Below, piece after piece: positions 53,533-64,000 of a stretch of 64,000 nucleotides of DNA. Location of the stretch: contig JBKHCL010000002.1 in the NCBI GenBank assembly GCA_046541875.1, forward strand, positions 3,811 to 67,810, read 5' to 3'. Each line of letters opens with the position of its first letter. Positions within the stretch are counted from its first letter, which is position 1. The notes under the pieces are model-generated. The model was not told the DNA's origin and ran no database searches. It saw only the letters and a program-made list of their open reading frames with translations. Origin of the DNA: Phycisphaerae bacterium (lineage in GTDB: Bacteria > Planctomycetota > Phycisphaerae > SM23-33). The translations under genes were made by a program, and so were the position numbers.

Positions 53533-55200
53533 ATGTCCAAGCCTCTGGTTCTTCTCATTCGCGACGGGTGGGGCATCGGGCCCGACCACGAGGGCAACGC
53601 CGTCCGCGCTGCCGACACGCCCAACTGCGACCGCCTGCTGCAGGAATACCCCAACACGGTTCTGGAGGCGTCCGGCGAAGCCGTCGGCGTTCGGACCGGT
53701 TCGCAAGGGTCCAGCGAGGTCGGCCACCTGAACATGGGGGCAGGCCGCATCGTGGAACAGGAGATCGTCCGCGTGGACAAGATGATTCGCGACGGCTCGC
53801 TGTTCGAGTTGCCCAAGTACACCGAGGCGGTCGAGCACTGCAGGCAGAGCGGCGCGAGGTTCCACCTGATGGGACTCGTGCAGGACCAGGGCGTCCACGC
53901 CACGCAGGAGCATCTTTTCGCGTTCCTGCGGAACCTCGCCGAGGCCGGGCTGAAGAAGGAGCAGGTCTGCGTGCATTTCTTCAGTGACGGGCGAGACACC
54001 CCGCCGCGAAGCGCGATTGTGTATCTCGACGCCCTGGAGAAGGTTATGGACGAGTGCGGCGTGGGCGTGGTCGCCAGCGTCATGGGGCGGTTCTGGGCGA
54101 TGGACCGCGCGGAGAACTGGGAACGCACCGAGATTGCCTTCAACGCGCTGACGCGCGGCGAGGCGCCGTTTACCGCATCCAGCGCAGGCGAGGCCATCGA
54201 GCAGGCCTACGCCCGGGCCGATGAGCAGATCGAGAAGAAGCAGGACAACCCCGAGACCGACGAGTTCATCCGCCCGACGCTGATCGTGGACCAGTCCGGT
54301 GAGCCCCTCGGCGTGATGCAGTCCGGGGACGCCGTCCTGCACACGAACTACCGCCAGGACCGCGCGATCCAACTGACCCAGGCCTTCGTGGAAGACGACT
54401 TTGAGGGGTTCGATCGCGATGGCGGAAAGCCCGACGTGATCTATCTCGGGCTCACGCGGTACTATGACGAGTTCAGCTCCGCACTGGTCCCGCCGATGAA
54501 CATGGCCCGGCTGTTGGGGGAGGTGCTCTGCGAGAATCGGCTGCGACAGCTGCGGATCGCCGAGTTTCAGAAGTACCGCCACGTCACGAGCTTCTTCAAC
54601 GGCAAGGAACTCGAACCGTTCGGCGGCGAGGACCGCGTGCAGGTCGACAGCATCACCGTGCCCGAGGATCAGAAACCCGAGATGAGCGCCTACGAGGTCA
54701 CCGACCTGGTCCTCAAGGCCGTCCAAGACGGCGTGGCCGCTCTGCGGGACGAGGCTGAATCGCTGGATTACGCCCATCTGACTGTGGGCAAGGAGATGGA
54801 GGGGTTCTGCCCGGCCGAGGAGACCTACGACGTGATCGTGGTCAACTACGCCAACGGCGACATGGTCGGACACACGGGCGTCTTCGAGGCGGCCCGCAAG
54901 GCCATCGAAGCCGTCGACGAGTGCACAGGGAAGGTCGTGGACGCGGTGCTCGCCAAGGGTGGAACGCTGCTGGTGACGGCCGACCACGGCAATGCCGAGA
55001 CCATGCTGGACCCCGAGACGGGTAGCGTGCAGACCGCCCACACCACCAGCCTCGTGGAGTGCATCCTGGTCGGCGAGGAGACGAAAAATCGCGAACTCAT
55101 CGACAAGGGCAAGCTCTCGGACCTGGCTGTAACCATGCTGGAAATCCTGGGGATCGAGAAGCCCGCGGAGATGACGGCCCAGAGCCTGCTGGCCGATTAG
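53533..55200 (+). CDS. gpmI: 2,3-bisphosphoglycerate-independent phosphoglycerate mutase
   Basis: iPGM metalloenzyme motifs (LLIRDGWGIG, SSEVGHLNMGAGR, TADHGNAE). Confidence 0.92.
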   Translation: MSKPLVLLIRDGWGIGPDHEGNAVRAADTPNCDRLLQEYPNTVLEASGEAVGVRTGSQGSSEVGHLNMGAGRIVEQEIVRVDKMIRDGSLFELPKYTEAVEHCRQSGARFHLMGLVQDQGVHATQEHLFAFLRNLAEAGLKKEQVCVHFFSDGRDTPPRSAIVYLDALEKVMDECGVGVVASVMGRFWAMDRAENWERTEIAFNALTRGEAPFTASSAGEAIEQAYARADEQIEKKQDNPETDEFIRPTLIVDQSGEPLGVMQSGDAVLHTNYRQDRAIQLTQAFVEDDFEGFDRDGGKPDVIYLGLTRYYDEFSSALVPPMNMARLLGEVLCENRLRQLRIAEFQKYRHVTSFFNGKELEPFGGEDRVQVDSITVPEDQKPEMSAYEVTDLVLKAVQDGVAALRDEAESLDYAHLTVGKEMEGFCPAEETYDVIVVNYANGDMVGHTGVFEAARKAIEAVDECTGKVVDAVLAKGGTLLVTADHGNAETMLDPETGSVQTAHTTSLVECILVGEETKNRELIDKGKLSDLAVTMLEILGIEKPAEMTAQSLLAD

Positions 55201-55338
55201 CAGGGAGGCCGGCGGAAAAGTCGGCCGACTACGCTGCATCTTGCGACGGGTCGTGGCGGCATTATTGTGGCAGGATGCTTTGCGATTGTCTGTGTTCGAT
55301 GACCCTGTGGCGAACTTCTGAGGAAAGGAATAGGACTG

Positions 55339-55926
55339 ATGAATCGACGGATGAAGTTGTTCTCGGCGGCGGCGGTACTTCTCGCGTGGTCCGGTGTGGC
55401 GTCGGCCCACGTGGGTCACGAGGACGCGACGTTCGGAAACGGTCTGGCTCACCCGTTCGGCGGGCTGGATCACCTTCTGGCCATGGTGGCGGTGGGGCTG
55501 CTGGGCGCCAAGTGCGGCCTGCGCTGGCGCTACCTGCTTCCGGTCAGCTTCGTGGCCGGTCTGGGCCTGGGCGGTCTGCTCGGGGCGTTCCACGTCGGTC
55601 TGCCGGCGGTGGAACTGAGTATCTCGCTGTCGGTACTGCTGTTCGGTGGGCTGCTGGCAGCTTCCACGCGCGTCTCACCTTGGGTCCTGGCGGGTATTGT
55701 GTTGGTCGCCGGAATCCCCCACGGCCACGCCCATCTTACCGAAGCCGGTGCCGGGTCGGTCGTCGGCTACGGGGTCGGCATGGTGCTGGGAAGCGCGTTG
55801 TTGCACGCCGGTGGATTGCTGCTTGGGTTGGCGATCGGCCAAGCCAAGGTCCTGCGAGACCGCTGGCAGTGGGTGGCCGGGCCGGCCATCGCTTGCGCCG
55901 GACTCTTCCTGGCCGTGACGCTGTAG
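55339..55926 (+). CDS. HupE/UreJ-family metal (Ni/Co) transporter
   Basis: Signal peptide then HVGHED...HLLAMVAVGLL and repeated His-containing TM helices (AGIPHGHAH), typical of HupE/UreJ. Confidence 0.78.
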   Translation: MNRRMKLFSAAAVLLAWSGVASAHVGHEDATFGNGLAHPFGGLDHLLAMVAVGLLGAKCGLRWRYLLPVSFVAGLGLGGLLGAFHVGLPAVELSISLSVLLFGGLLAASTRVSPWVLAGIVLVAGIPHGHAHLTEAGAGSVVGYGVGMVLGSALLHAGGLLLGLAIGQAKVLRDRWQWVAGPAIACAGLFLAVTL

Positions 55927-56005
55927 GAGAGTCCGTGCTACGGTAATTTCTTCTGCAGACCCCCGGCGTGGCCGAGCGATGAGTGGCGTGTTCACGGCGC
56001 TCTGT

Positions 56006-56040
56006 CCCCCTGCTGAGGCAGGGGCTTGCTTGTGCTTTGT
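56006..56040 (+). terminator. Rho-independent terminator candidate downstream of the HupE-like gene
   Basis: CCCCTGC-tgag-GCAGGGG followed by CTTGCTTGTGCTTTGTGG. Confidence 0.4.
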
Positions 56041-56114
56041 GGAGGCGACCGTGGCAACGGCGATAATGGTTTGCCCGCCTGACAGGCGAGACGTCTGTCG
56101 TACTGGAGAAAAGC

Positions 56115-56150
56115 AAAGCCCGCCTCGGATCGCTCCGGGGCGGGCTTTTC
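56115..56150. terminator. Bidirectional rho-independent terminator (shared by the convergent hupE-like and pfk transcripts)
   Basis: AAAGCCCGCC-N14-GGCGGGCTTT with a T-run on the plus side (TTTTCC) and an A-run on the 5' side, i.e. a T-run on the minus strand. Confidence 0.5.
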
Positions 56151-56259
56151 CAAGCTTTCTATCTGGTCGGGTCCGCGGCAGATGCCCAATGCCGCAGCCC
56201 GCATGGGCAGGATGCTCATGCCACAGAATCCTCCCGGCGAAGGGAGAATGGGTCGTCGT

Positions 56260-57495
56260 TTAGAACAGTTTGCCGATTTCCGGCAGGCCGCCGGTGAGCG
56301 GCTCGGCGTACTTGCGGAAGCTGCCGGTGATGTTGTTGCCGGCCTTGTTGATGAACTTCTTGGGCAGGTCCTTGGTGTGGCGGGCGACGTCGGCCAACTC
56401 GGCCCGTTCGAAGGTGATCTTGTACTTGGTGGTCTTAGCGCGTTTCATGACGATGGTCCCGTCGATGTCACCGCGCATCGCCAGCTCGGCCGCCCTCTGT
56501 CCGCAGGTGCGGGCTTCTTCCTGGTCCACCTGCGAGGCGTACCCCGCGAAGGATCGCTGGAGATACCCGTAGGTGTCGGCCCGCACGCGGAGCTTTCGCT
56601 TGCCGCCGTCCTTGCCCTGCAGGTTGACCTCGGCCTTGATGTACTCGGCGAGGAAGTCGCCCAGGGCGCCGGACCCGGACAGTTGCACGTTGCCGTGGCT
56701 GTCGCGTTCGACGCTGTGGCCGAGACGTTCGGCGAGGTTGACGGCCATCGGCGTGCCGGTTTCGTCGGAGATGCCCTCGGAGACGGCCACCAGGCAGCGG
56801 CCATACTTGTCGTAGCACTTCTTGATGTCGTCGGTGAACTTCTTGATGTCGAAGGCGACCTCGGGGACGTAGACCAGGTGCGGGCCGTCCTTCTGGCGGT
56901 CGCGGCAGAGGCTGGCGGCCGCGGTGAGCCAACCGGCGTTTCGCCCCATCACGACGGATACTTTCACGCCGGGCAGGGCGGCGTTGTCGCGGTCTTCCCC
57001 GGCGAAGGCGGAGGCCACGAACCGGGCGGCCGAGCCGTATCCGGGGGTGTGGTCGGTCACGCGGAGGTCGTTGTCGATGGTCTTGGGTACGTGGAACGTT
57101 CGCAGCTCGTAGTCCGCGTCGTTGGCCATCTCGTTGACGATGCGGGCCGCGTCGGCCGAGTCGTTCCCGCCGATGTAGAAGAAGTATCGCACGTCGTTTT
57201 TCTTGAAGACCTCGAAGATCTTCTCGCAGTAGGCCTCGTCGGGCTTGTCGCGGGACGAGCCCAACGCCGAGGCGGGGGTCCCGGCGACGGCTTCGAGGGT
57301 CTTCTTGTCGACCTTGCCCAGGTCGATGAAGTCTTCCTTCACGATACCGGCCACCCCGTGGTGGGCGCCCAGGATCTTCGGGATGGATTTGCTGCCCTTG
57401 AGCGTCTCGACGACGCCCACGAGTGACTGGTTGATGACGGCTGTCGGTCCGCCGGACTGCCCGATGACCGCGTTGCCCTTGATCATTTTGCTCAT
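56260..57495 (-). CDS. 6-phosphofructokinase, PfkA family (long, likely PPi-dependent type)
   Basis: GGPTAVINQSL (GGDGS-like), PKTIDNDL and MGR motifs. 411 aa. Confidence 0.85.
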   Translation of the reverse strand: MSKMIKGNAVIGQSGGPTAVINQSLVGVVETLKGSKSIPKILGAHHGVAGIVKEDFIDLGKVDKKTLEAVAGTPASALGSSRDKPDEAYCEKIFEVFKKNDVRYFFYIGGNDSADAARIVNEMANDADYELRTFHVPKTIDNDLRVTDHTPGYGSAARFVASAFAGEDRDNAALPGVKVSVVMGRNAGWLTAAASLCRDRQKDGPHLVYVPEVAFDIKKFTDDIKKCYDKYGRCLVAVSEGISDETGTPMAVNLAERLGHSVERDSHGNVQLSGSGALGDFLAEYIKAEVNLQGKDGGKRKLRVRADTYGYLQRSFAGYASQVDQEEARTCGQRAAELAMRGDIDGTIVMKRAKTTKYKITFERAELADVARHTKDLPKKFINKAGNNITGSFRKYAEPLTGGLPEIGKLF

Positions 57496-57561
57496 GGTTG
57501 TGTTCCTCTGTATATCGTTCGCGTTGGGGTGAATCGGCGAGGCGAGCCCGCCGCGGTGACC

Positions 57562-58905
<1,344 letters not shown>

Positions 58906-58927
58906 TCGGCGAATCCTTTCGGCCGGG

Positions 58928-59401
58928 CTACGGCTTGACGCGGAAGAGGACCTGTCCGTACTCGACGGGCTGGGCGTTCTGCACGCAGACCTCGACGATG
59001 GTTCCGGCGACCTCGGCCTTGATTTCGTTCATCACCTTCATCGCCTCGACGATGCAGACGACGGTCTCGGGGGTGACCTTGTCTCCGGAAGAGACGAACG
59101 GGTCGCTGTCCGGGGAAGGGGCCGAGTAGAACGTCCCGACCATCGGGCTGATCACCTCGATGAGGTTGTCGGCCGGTGTGGGCGCCGCCGCTTCGGTCGC
59201 CGCGGGGGCGGCCTGCTGGGCCGGTGCGGGTCCCGCCGATGCGGACATCGCCTGGGGCTGCGGGGCGGCCATCACGATGGGTTGCTCGCCCGGACCTCGC
59301 TTGAGGTGCACCCGATTGTGCTCACCGTCGGTGATCTCCAGTTCGCTCAGGTCACACTCGACCATGAGCTTCACCATCTGTTTGATTTCTTTGATGTTCA
59401 T
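58928..59401 (-). CDS. accB: Biotin carboxyl carrier protein
   Basis: Ala/Pro-rich linker and biotinyl-lysine motif EAMKVMNEI. Confidence 0.88.
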   Translation of the reverse strand: MNIKEIKQMVKLMVECDLSELEITDGEHNRVHLKRGPGEQPIVMAAPQPQAMSASAGPAPAQQAAPAATEAAAPTPADNLIEVISPMVGTFYSAPSPDSDPFVSSGDKVTPETVVCIVEAMKVMNEIKAEVAGTIVEVCVQNAQPVEYGQVLFRVKP

Positions 59402-59456
59402 CCGCTTCCTTGCTTCCGGCGGGGTTCCGCCACCGCCAGGCTGCCGACTTTTCCCG

Positions 59457-60581
59457 TCAGCCCAGCTTCATGGCCTCGATATCTTTCGGCAGCGAGGACA
59501 GCACGCGCTTGCCCTTCGCTGTGACCAGTACGTCGTCTTCGATTCGCACGCCGCCGATTCCGGGCAGGTACACGCCCGGCTCGACGGTGAAAATCATCCC
59601 GCTCCGCAGACGCTCGTCGACGCGCCCGGCCACGTGAGGCCGTTCGTGAATCTCTCGGCCGATCCCGTGACCCAGCCCGTGGCCGAACGCCTCGCCGTAC
59701 CCGGCGTCGTCGATGACGCTCCGGGCCGCGGCGTCTACCGTTTTGCAGGCGACGCCGCTTTTGATCGCGGCGATGGCGGCCTTCTGCGCGCGGAGCACAA
59801 CCTGGTAAATGTCCGCCAATTCGGGGCGGATTGTACCGGTGAACACCACCCGGGTCAAGTCGCTGCAGTATCCCTCGACCAGGGCGCCCCAGTCGATCAG
59901 AACCGGGTCGTTCGGTTCGATCGTTCGGGCCCCGGGGCGGTAGTGCGGGCGGGACCCGTTCTCGCCGGCGGCGACGATGGTCTCAAACGCCGACCCGGCC
60001 GCGCCGCGCTGGCGCATGCGATAGTCCAACTCGGCGGCCAGCTCCTGCTCGGTGCGCCCCACGAAGGCCGATCGACCCTGGCTGAGAAGGTCGCCCATCG
60101 CGTCCTGCGCCACGGCAATGCTGCGGCGGATGGCCTTGATCTCGGCGGTGTCTTTGACCGCCCGAAGCTTGCGGATCACGTCGCTGATCGACGCGATAGA
60201 CTTTCGGCCGATTTCCTTACCGAGCATCTGGTACGTCCGGGCAGTGAGGTGCATGCTCTGGATGCCCAGCGTCCCTGCCTTTCGCTGCGAGAGTTGCTCG
60301 ACGATCTCGGGAAGGACATTTTGCGTGCGGACCAAAACCTCCGTTCCGCTGCATTCTTCGCCGGCCTGTTCGGCGTAGCGCGAATCGGTGATCAGAACCG
60401 CCCACTTCGCGCCGATCAGGGCGAGGCTGTCTTCTCCGGTAAAGCCGGTCAACCAACTGATATCCTCCGGCCTCGAGATGAGAAACGCATCGGCCTTGGC
60501 TTCGCGACGCATCGCCTTGACGGCGTCACGGCGACGCCGGGCATGGACGGATTCTGAGTTTCGACGGCGGGCAGCGGGCAT
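59457..60581 (-). CDS. pepP: Xaa-Pro aminopeptidase (M24B)
   Basis: Creatinase-like N-domain and pita-bread metal ligands (DxGA...HGLGHGIG...E...E). Confidence 0.82.
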   Translation of the reverse strand: MPAARRRNSESVHARRRRDAVKAMRREAKADAFLISRPEDISWLTGFTGEDSLALIGAKWAVLITDSRYAEQAGEECSGTEVLVRTQNVLPEIVEQLSQRKAGTLGIQSMHLTARTYQMLGKEIGRKSIASISDVIRKLRAVKDTAEIKAIRRSIAVAQDAMGDLLSQGRSAFVGRTEQELAAELDYRMRQRGAAGSAFETIVAAGENGSRPHYRPGARTIEPNDPVLIDWGALVEGYCSDLTRVVFTGTIRPELADIYQVVLRAQKAAIAAIKSGVACKTVDAAARSVIDDAGYGEAFGHGLGHGIGREIHERPHVAGRVDERLRSGMIFTVEPGVYLPGIGGVRIEDDVLVTAKGKRVLSSLPKDIEAMKLG

Positions 60582-60846
60582 CGGCGGATCCTTTCAGGTC
60601 TCCAACTCGCCCAGAGCGTACCCGGTCCGGCTGTAGCGCTCAACGGGAAAGCCCCCGGCGTGATCGGCGGGTCTACGATGCGGATGCGCGGAGGATGCCC
60701 GGCCCACCTGCAACCCACCCCCGCCGGGCTTGCACCTGGAGGAATCGCTGCCCCATCGCCGGCGATCTCTTTGCTCTCGGTGGTTTGCTATTCCGGTTCC
60801 GCCCGCTATGATGCGTTCTTCACTCAAACCGAAAAGAGAGTACCTC

Positions 60847-62148
60847 ATGTCGCAGGATGTGAAGATCGTGGCGATCGGTGCGGGGAGTTATGTCTTCGGG
60901 CCGGGTGTGTTGGAAGGCATCATTCGAACCCATCGCCTCCCGGGCATCGAGCTGGCGCTGGTGGACATCGACGCGGACACACTGGCCGGGATGGCCGGCG
61001 TGGCTGAGCGTATGGGGCGCGAGGTCGGCAGCGACGTTCGCATTCACTCGCATACGGACATCGCCGAGGCGCTGGGGGGCGCGGATTTCGTGCTCTGTGC
61101 AGCCGCCATCGACCTGCGGGCCCGCTTCGCGACCGATTGCGAAATCATCACCCGCCACGATCCGACCCACGTGATTACCGAGTTCGGCGGTGTGGCGGGT
61201 CTGGCGTACTCGGCCCGGCAGATCGCTTTCATGCGGTCCATCGCCGAACAGATGAAATCCCGCTGCCCGGACGCATGGTTCCTGACCGTCTCGAACCCGC
61301 TGCCGCGGACCTGCCAGGCGATGCACGAGTTGGGAATCCGGACGGCCGGGTTCTGCTCGGCAGCCATGGAAGGGTATGCGATGCTCTGGCGAGCCTTCGA
61401 GGATGAGGAGATCCGATTCCCCTTCACCGCGGCCCGGGAGCGTTGGGACGTGACGATGGGCGGGCTGAACCACTTCAGTTGGGTACATCGTCTGATCGAT
61501 CGCAAGAGCGGGCGCGATGACCTGCCCGAGCTGATCCGCCGCCTCAACGCCGGCGCCACGACAGGTTGGCCCAACAGCGACCGCATCAGCCGTCAGGTCG
61601 GGGCGCTGCTGGTGCCCAACGACCATCACACGCAGGACTTCCTGCCGCGGCGCGAGAATGCGGTCAATCGCGACCACGCTTCGCACGGGGGCGAGTCGCA
61701 GCGGCGCGAACGGATCGACACGCTTCGTGCGGTCGCTTCGGGCGAGCTGCCACTGGAGACGGTCACGGATCAGGCCTCCTGGGAGAAACCGGTGGATATG
61801 ATCGCCGGGCTGCTGGGAGTAAGCGAGGTGTCCTACGACGCGTTGAACCTCGCCAACGCAGGCCAGGTTCCTCAGCTGCCGCGTGGCGTGTTCGTGGAGA
61901 CCTCCGCCCACGTCACGCCGAATGGGCCTCAACCCGAGCAATTGGAGCTGCCCGAGGCGGTTCTGGCGTATCTCAAACCGTCGGCCGACCAGCACGACGC
62001 GATCGTCAAAGCCTGCCTCGCCCGCAGCCGGGCGGCGCTGCTGGACTGCCTCGCCGATGAGCCGACCGTGACGGATCCGGACGCCTGCCGGGCTGCCCTG
62101 AGCGAATGTTTGGATGCCCACGAAGACCTGCTGGACGAGTGGAGTTGA
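60847..62148 (+). CDS. Glycoside hydrolase family 4 (NAD+/Mn2+-dependent glycosidase)
   Basis: N-terminal Rossmann KIVAIGAGSYVFGP and GH4-type Cys/His-containing core. Start at Met40 of the track ORF. Confidence 0.78.
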   Translation: MSQDVKIVAIGAGSYVFGPGVLEGIIRTHRLPGIELALVDIDADTLAGMAGVAERMGREVGSDVRIHSHTDIAEALGGADFVLCAAAIDLRARFATDCEIITRHDPTHVITEFGGVAGLAYSARQIAFMRSIAEQMKSRCPDAWFLTVSNPLPRTCQAMHELGIRTAGFCSAAMEGYAMLWRAFEDEEIRFPFTAARERWDVTMGGLNHFSWVHRLIDRKSGRDDLPELIRRLNAGATTGWPNSDRISRQVGALLVPNDHHTQDFLPRRENAVNRDHASHGGESQRRERIDTLRAVASGELPLETVTDQASWEKPVDMIAGLLGVSEVSYDALNLANAGQVPQLPRGVFVETSAHVTPNGPQPEQLELPEAVLAYLKPSADQHDAIVKACLARSRAALLDCLADEPTVTDPDACRAALSECLDAHEDLLDEWS

Positions 62149-62166
62149 CCGCCAAGCGGCCTGGCG

Positions 62167-63063
62167 GTGGGGAAGATTGTTTCAAGACTGAACACGACGC
62201 CCGCCGTTGCCGATATGAGCAGACCGATGAGCAACTGGATTGACGAACTTCCCGAGGAACTCAGCGACAAGGCCGCCGCCTGCCTGGCGGTGCTGCGCAT
62301 GCTGCGCAGTGTGGTCATCGGCTACTCCGGCGGGACAGACTCGACACTGCTGACCGCCCTGGCGCTGGAGGCGCTGGGGGCGAAGAACGTGATCGCCGCG
62401 ATGGCGACCGGGCCGATTTTCCCCTCGACCGAGCAGCAACTGGGCCGACAGATCGCCGAGAAGCTCGGGGTCGAGCTGGTCTCTTTCAACGTCCGTCCGA
62501 TGGACGACGCAGTGTTCGTCGCCAATCCGCCCGACCGCTGCCTGCACTGCAAGAAGTTGATCTTCCACATCATCCGGGACCTGGCCGGCGGGCGGGGCGT
62601 GAATGTCATCTGCAGCGGCACAAACGCCGACGACCCGGGCGATTATCGACCCGGACTCAAGGCCGAGAAGGAACTGCAGGTGCGTCAGCCTCTGCTGGAG
62701 GCCGGTCTGAGCAAAGCCGACGTCCGCGAGATCAGTCGGGCGATGGGGCTGGAAACCGCCGAGTTGCCCGCCCAGGCGTGCCTCGCCAGTCGCATTCCGT
62801 ACGGCCGGAAGATCACCGCCCAGAAGCTCGAACGCATCGACCGGGTCGAAGAGCGTCTCCGCGAACTGGGCCTGGGGCAGGTTCGGCTGCGCGATCACGA
62901 CCCGATCGCCCGCGTGGAGTTCAATCCAGCCCAAATCCCCGAAGCCGTCCGGTACGCCAAAGAGATCATCGCCGCCGTCAAGGCGGAGGGCTACCGCTAT
63001 GTGACGCTGGACCTGGAAGGCTACCGCACCGGCTCGCTCAACGAAGAACTTCCTCCACGGTAG
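62167..63063 (+). CDS. PP-loop ATP pyrophosphatase of the LarE/TIGR00268 type (candidate sacrificial sulfur transferase)
   Basis: PP-loop SGGTDS and DYRPGLKA. LarE-like ACLASRIPYG segment with the Cys aligned to LarE's sacrificial Cys. C-terminal YRYVTLDLEGYRTGSLNE matches LarE RYVTLDLGGFRSG. Start could be an internal Met. Confidence 0.72.
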   Translation: MGKIVSRLNTTPAVADMSRPMSNWIDELPEELSDKAAACLAVLRMLRSVVIGYSGGTDSTLLTALALEALGAKNVIAAMATGPIFPSTEQQLGRQIAEKLGVELVSFNVRPMDDAVFVANPPDRCLHCKKLIFHIIRDLAGGRGVNVICSGTNADDPGDYRPGLKAEKELQVRQPLLEAGLSKADVREISRAMGLETAELPAQACLASRIPYGRKITAQKLERIDRVEERLRELGLGQVRLRDHDPIARVEFNPAQIPEAVRYAKEIIAAVKAEGYRYVTLDLEGYRTGSLNEELPPR

Positions 63064-63293
63064 ATGGCCGGGGCGCATACATCGGCCGCCACGCCGGGGA
63101 GGGTGAAGCAGACCAAGGGCTGACCCGGCGAAGCGGCCTTCATTGCTCATCTACAGAAATTGTACGCATCACGCATGCATCTGCCCCAATTCCGCTGACC
63201 AGAAACAGCAGAGGCCCTCGATCAAAGAACCGGCCCGTGGGCGTCCAGGGACACCCACGTCGGCCGGCGACACAGTACGTAAGGGTCAGGTCA

Positions 63294-63980
63294 TTACTTC
63301 TTGCTGCCGCAGGACGTTTTGGCTCCGCAGCTGCTGTCGCTCTTGAGGGCTTCTCCGACGGTATGGGCGGCGTCGGAGGTCTCGGGGGCGACGAACTTCA
63401 CGTCTTTGCTGTCCGCGTGGGAGAATGTCACGCCGGCGGAGGCAAGTTTCTCGACCTTTTTGGCGTCCGAGAGCTTGTCCCACGCCGCAGGGCAGCCGCC
63501 GCAGCAGAACGCCACGCCCTTGCCCTTGAAGGTGCGATAGAGATTGGCGGGAACCGCGTCGGCCTTGACCGTATTGCCCATGATGGGGCATTTCTTGTTC
63601 GCCACGGCAGGGCGAACTGTCTGGTAGGCCGAGGCGACCATCTTGCGGGCTTCCTGGATCGCTTTGCGGGCGTGCTTGGTTTTGCCGTTCTTGAGGGCAT
63701 TTTCGGCGTCATCGAGCTTCGCCATCGCCTTGTGCAGATGGTCGGCAGAGGCAGCGTTGTGCCCGGCGTGCGATTTCATCGCATCTTTGCCGTGCTTGTG
63801 CTTCATGCCCTCTTCGCGCGTGGTGCACTGCTTGCTGCCGTCCTCGCGCATCGTACATTGTTTGCCGTTCGAGTCGCCGTCTTTGTGCTTGTCGGCTGAG
63901 GCGGTCAGCACGAGTCCGCTGGTGAAGACCACCGCCGCGGCGATCATGATTGCCATCCGTGTGTTCAGTACTTTTGCCAT
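63294..63980 (-). CDS. Secreted His-rich metal-binding protein with YHS-like domain
   Basis: Signal peptide and His/Lys-rich region (HKHGKDAMKSHAGHN). YHS-like CPIMGNTV...YRTFKGKGVAFCCGGCPAAW. Cys-containing C-terminus. Confidence 0.55.
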   Translation of the reverse strand: MAKVLNTRMAIMIAAAVVFTSGLVLTASADKHKDGDSNGKQCTMREDGSKQCTTREEGMKHKHGKDAMKSHAGHNAASADHLHKAMAKLDDAENALKNGKTKHARKAIQEARKMVASAYQTVRPAVANKKCPIMGNTVKADAVPANLYRTFKGKGVAFCCGGCPAAWDKLSDAKKVEKLASAGVTFSHADSKDVKFVAPETSDAAHTVGEALKSDSSCGAKTSCGSKK

Positions 63981-64000
63981 CGTTGTTGCCTCCTGTCGCT

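Noticed and set aside
55200-55338. Possible NiCo or cobalamin riboswitch upstream of the HupE/UreJ-family transporter.
   Set aside because: Only 139 nt are available, and I cannot recognise conserved riboswitch core motifs by eye. Left uncalled.

Overview
The window is a high-GC (about 64-65%) bacterial chromosomal segment with tight, often overlapping operons and about 70 genes, no mobile elements and no CRISPR. By gene content it is consistent with a Planctomycetota-like, possibly microaerophilic or anaerobic Gram-negative, but this taxon call is a guess from content only. Gene blocks in order: (1) the 3' part of a TonB-dependent receptor, then a Vibrio TonB2-type transport system (DUF3450/TtpB-like, long TtpC-like MotA/ExbB, ExbB, ExbD, TonB, TPR/TtpD-like). 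(2) A complete type II secretion gene set, gspD-E-F-G-H-I-J-K-(extra membrane protein)-L-M plus a TPR lipoprotein, with pervasive start/stop overlaps. (3) A hypothetical membrane protein translationally coupled to selB, then a selD fusion gene and tRNA-Leu(CAG). (4) A DinB-like protein and a LysR regulator. (5) A roughly 10.5 kb minus-strand anaerobe-type oxidative-stress island: thioredoxin, PerR, rubrerythrin, Tpx, desulfoferrodoxin, ferritin, ferritin-like protein, flavodiiron protein, NqrB-C-D-E-F with no nqrA, an unknown protein, and a 53-aa rubredoxin that the ORF track missed. (6) A WG-repeat lipoprotein in a lower-GC patch, two TPM-domain proteins and an S2P protease. (7) kdsD-kdsC followed by a 1054-aa LptC/LptA-like giant protein. 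(8) rpsB-tsf-pyrH-frr, then tRNA-Lys and tRNA-Glu. (9) A large TPR membrane protein, gpmI, HupE/UreJ, PPi-type PFK, accC-accB, pepP, a GH4 hydrolase, a LarE-like PP-loop enzyme and a secreted His-rich YHS-domain protein. Most long antisense ORFs in the six-frame track are GC-driven artefacts. The most interesting candidate for a new system is the NqrA-less Nqr module bracketed by a flavodiiron protein and a rubredoxin inside the PerR island. All functional calls come from motif and family recognition by eye; no searches were run.
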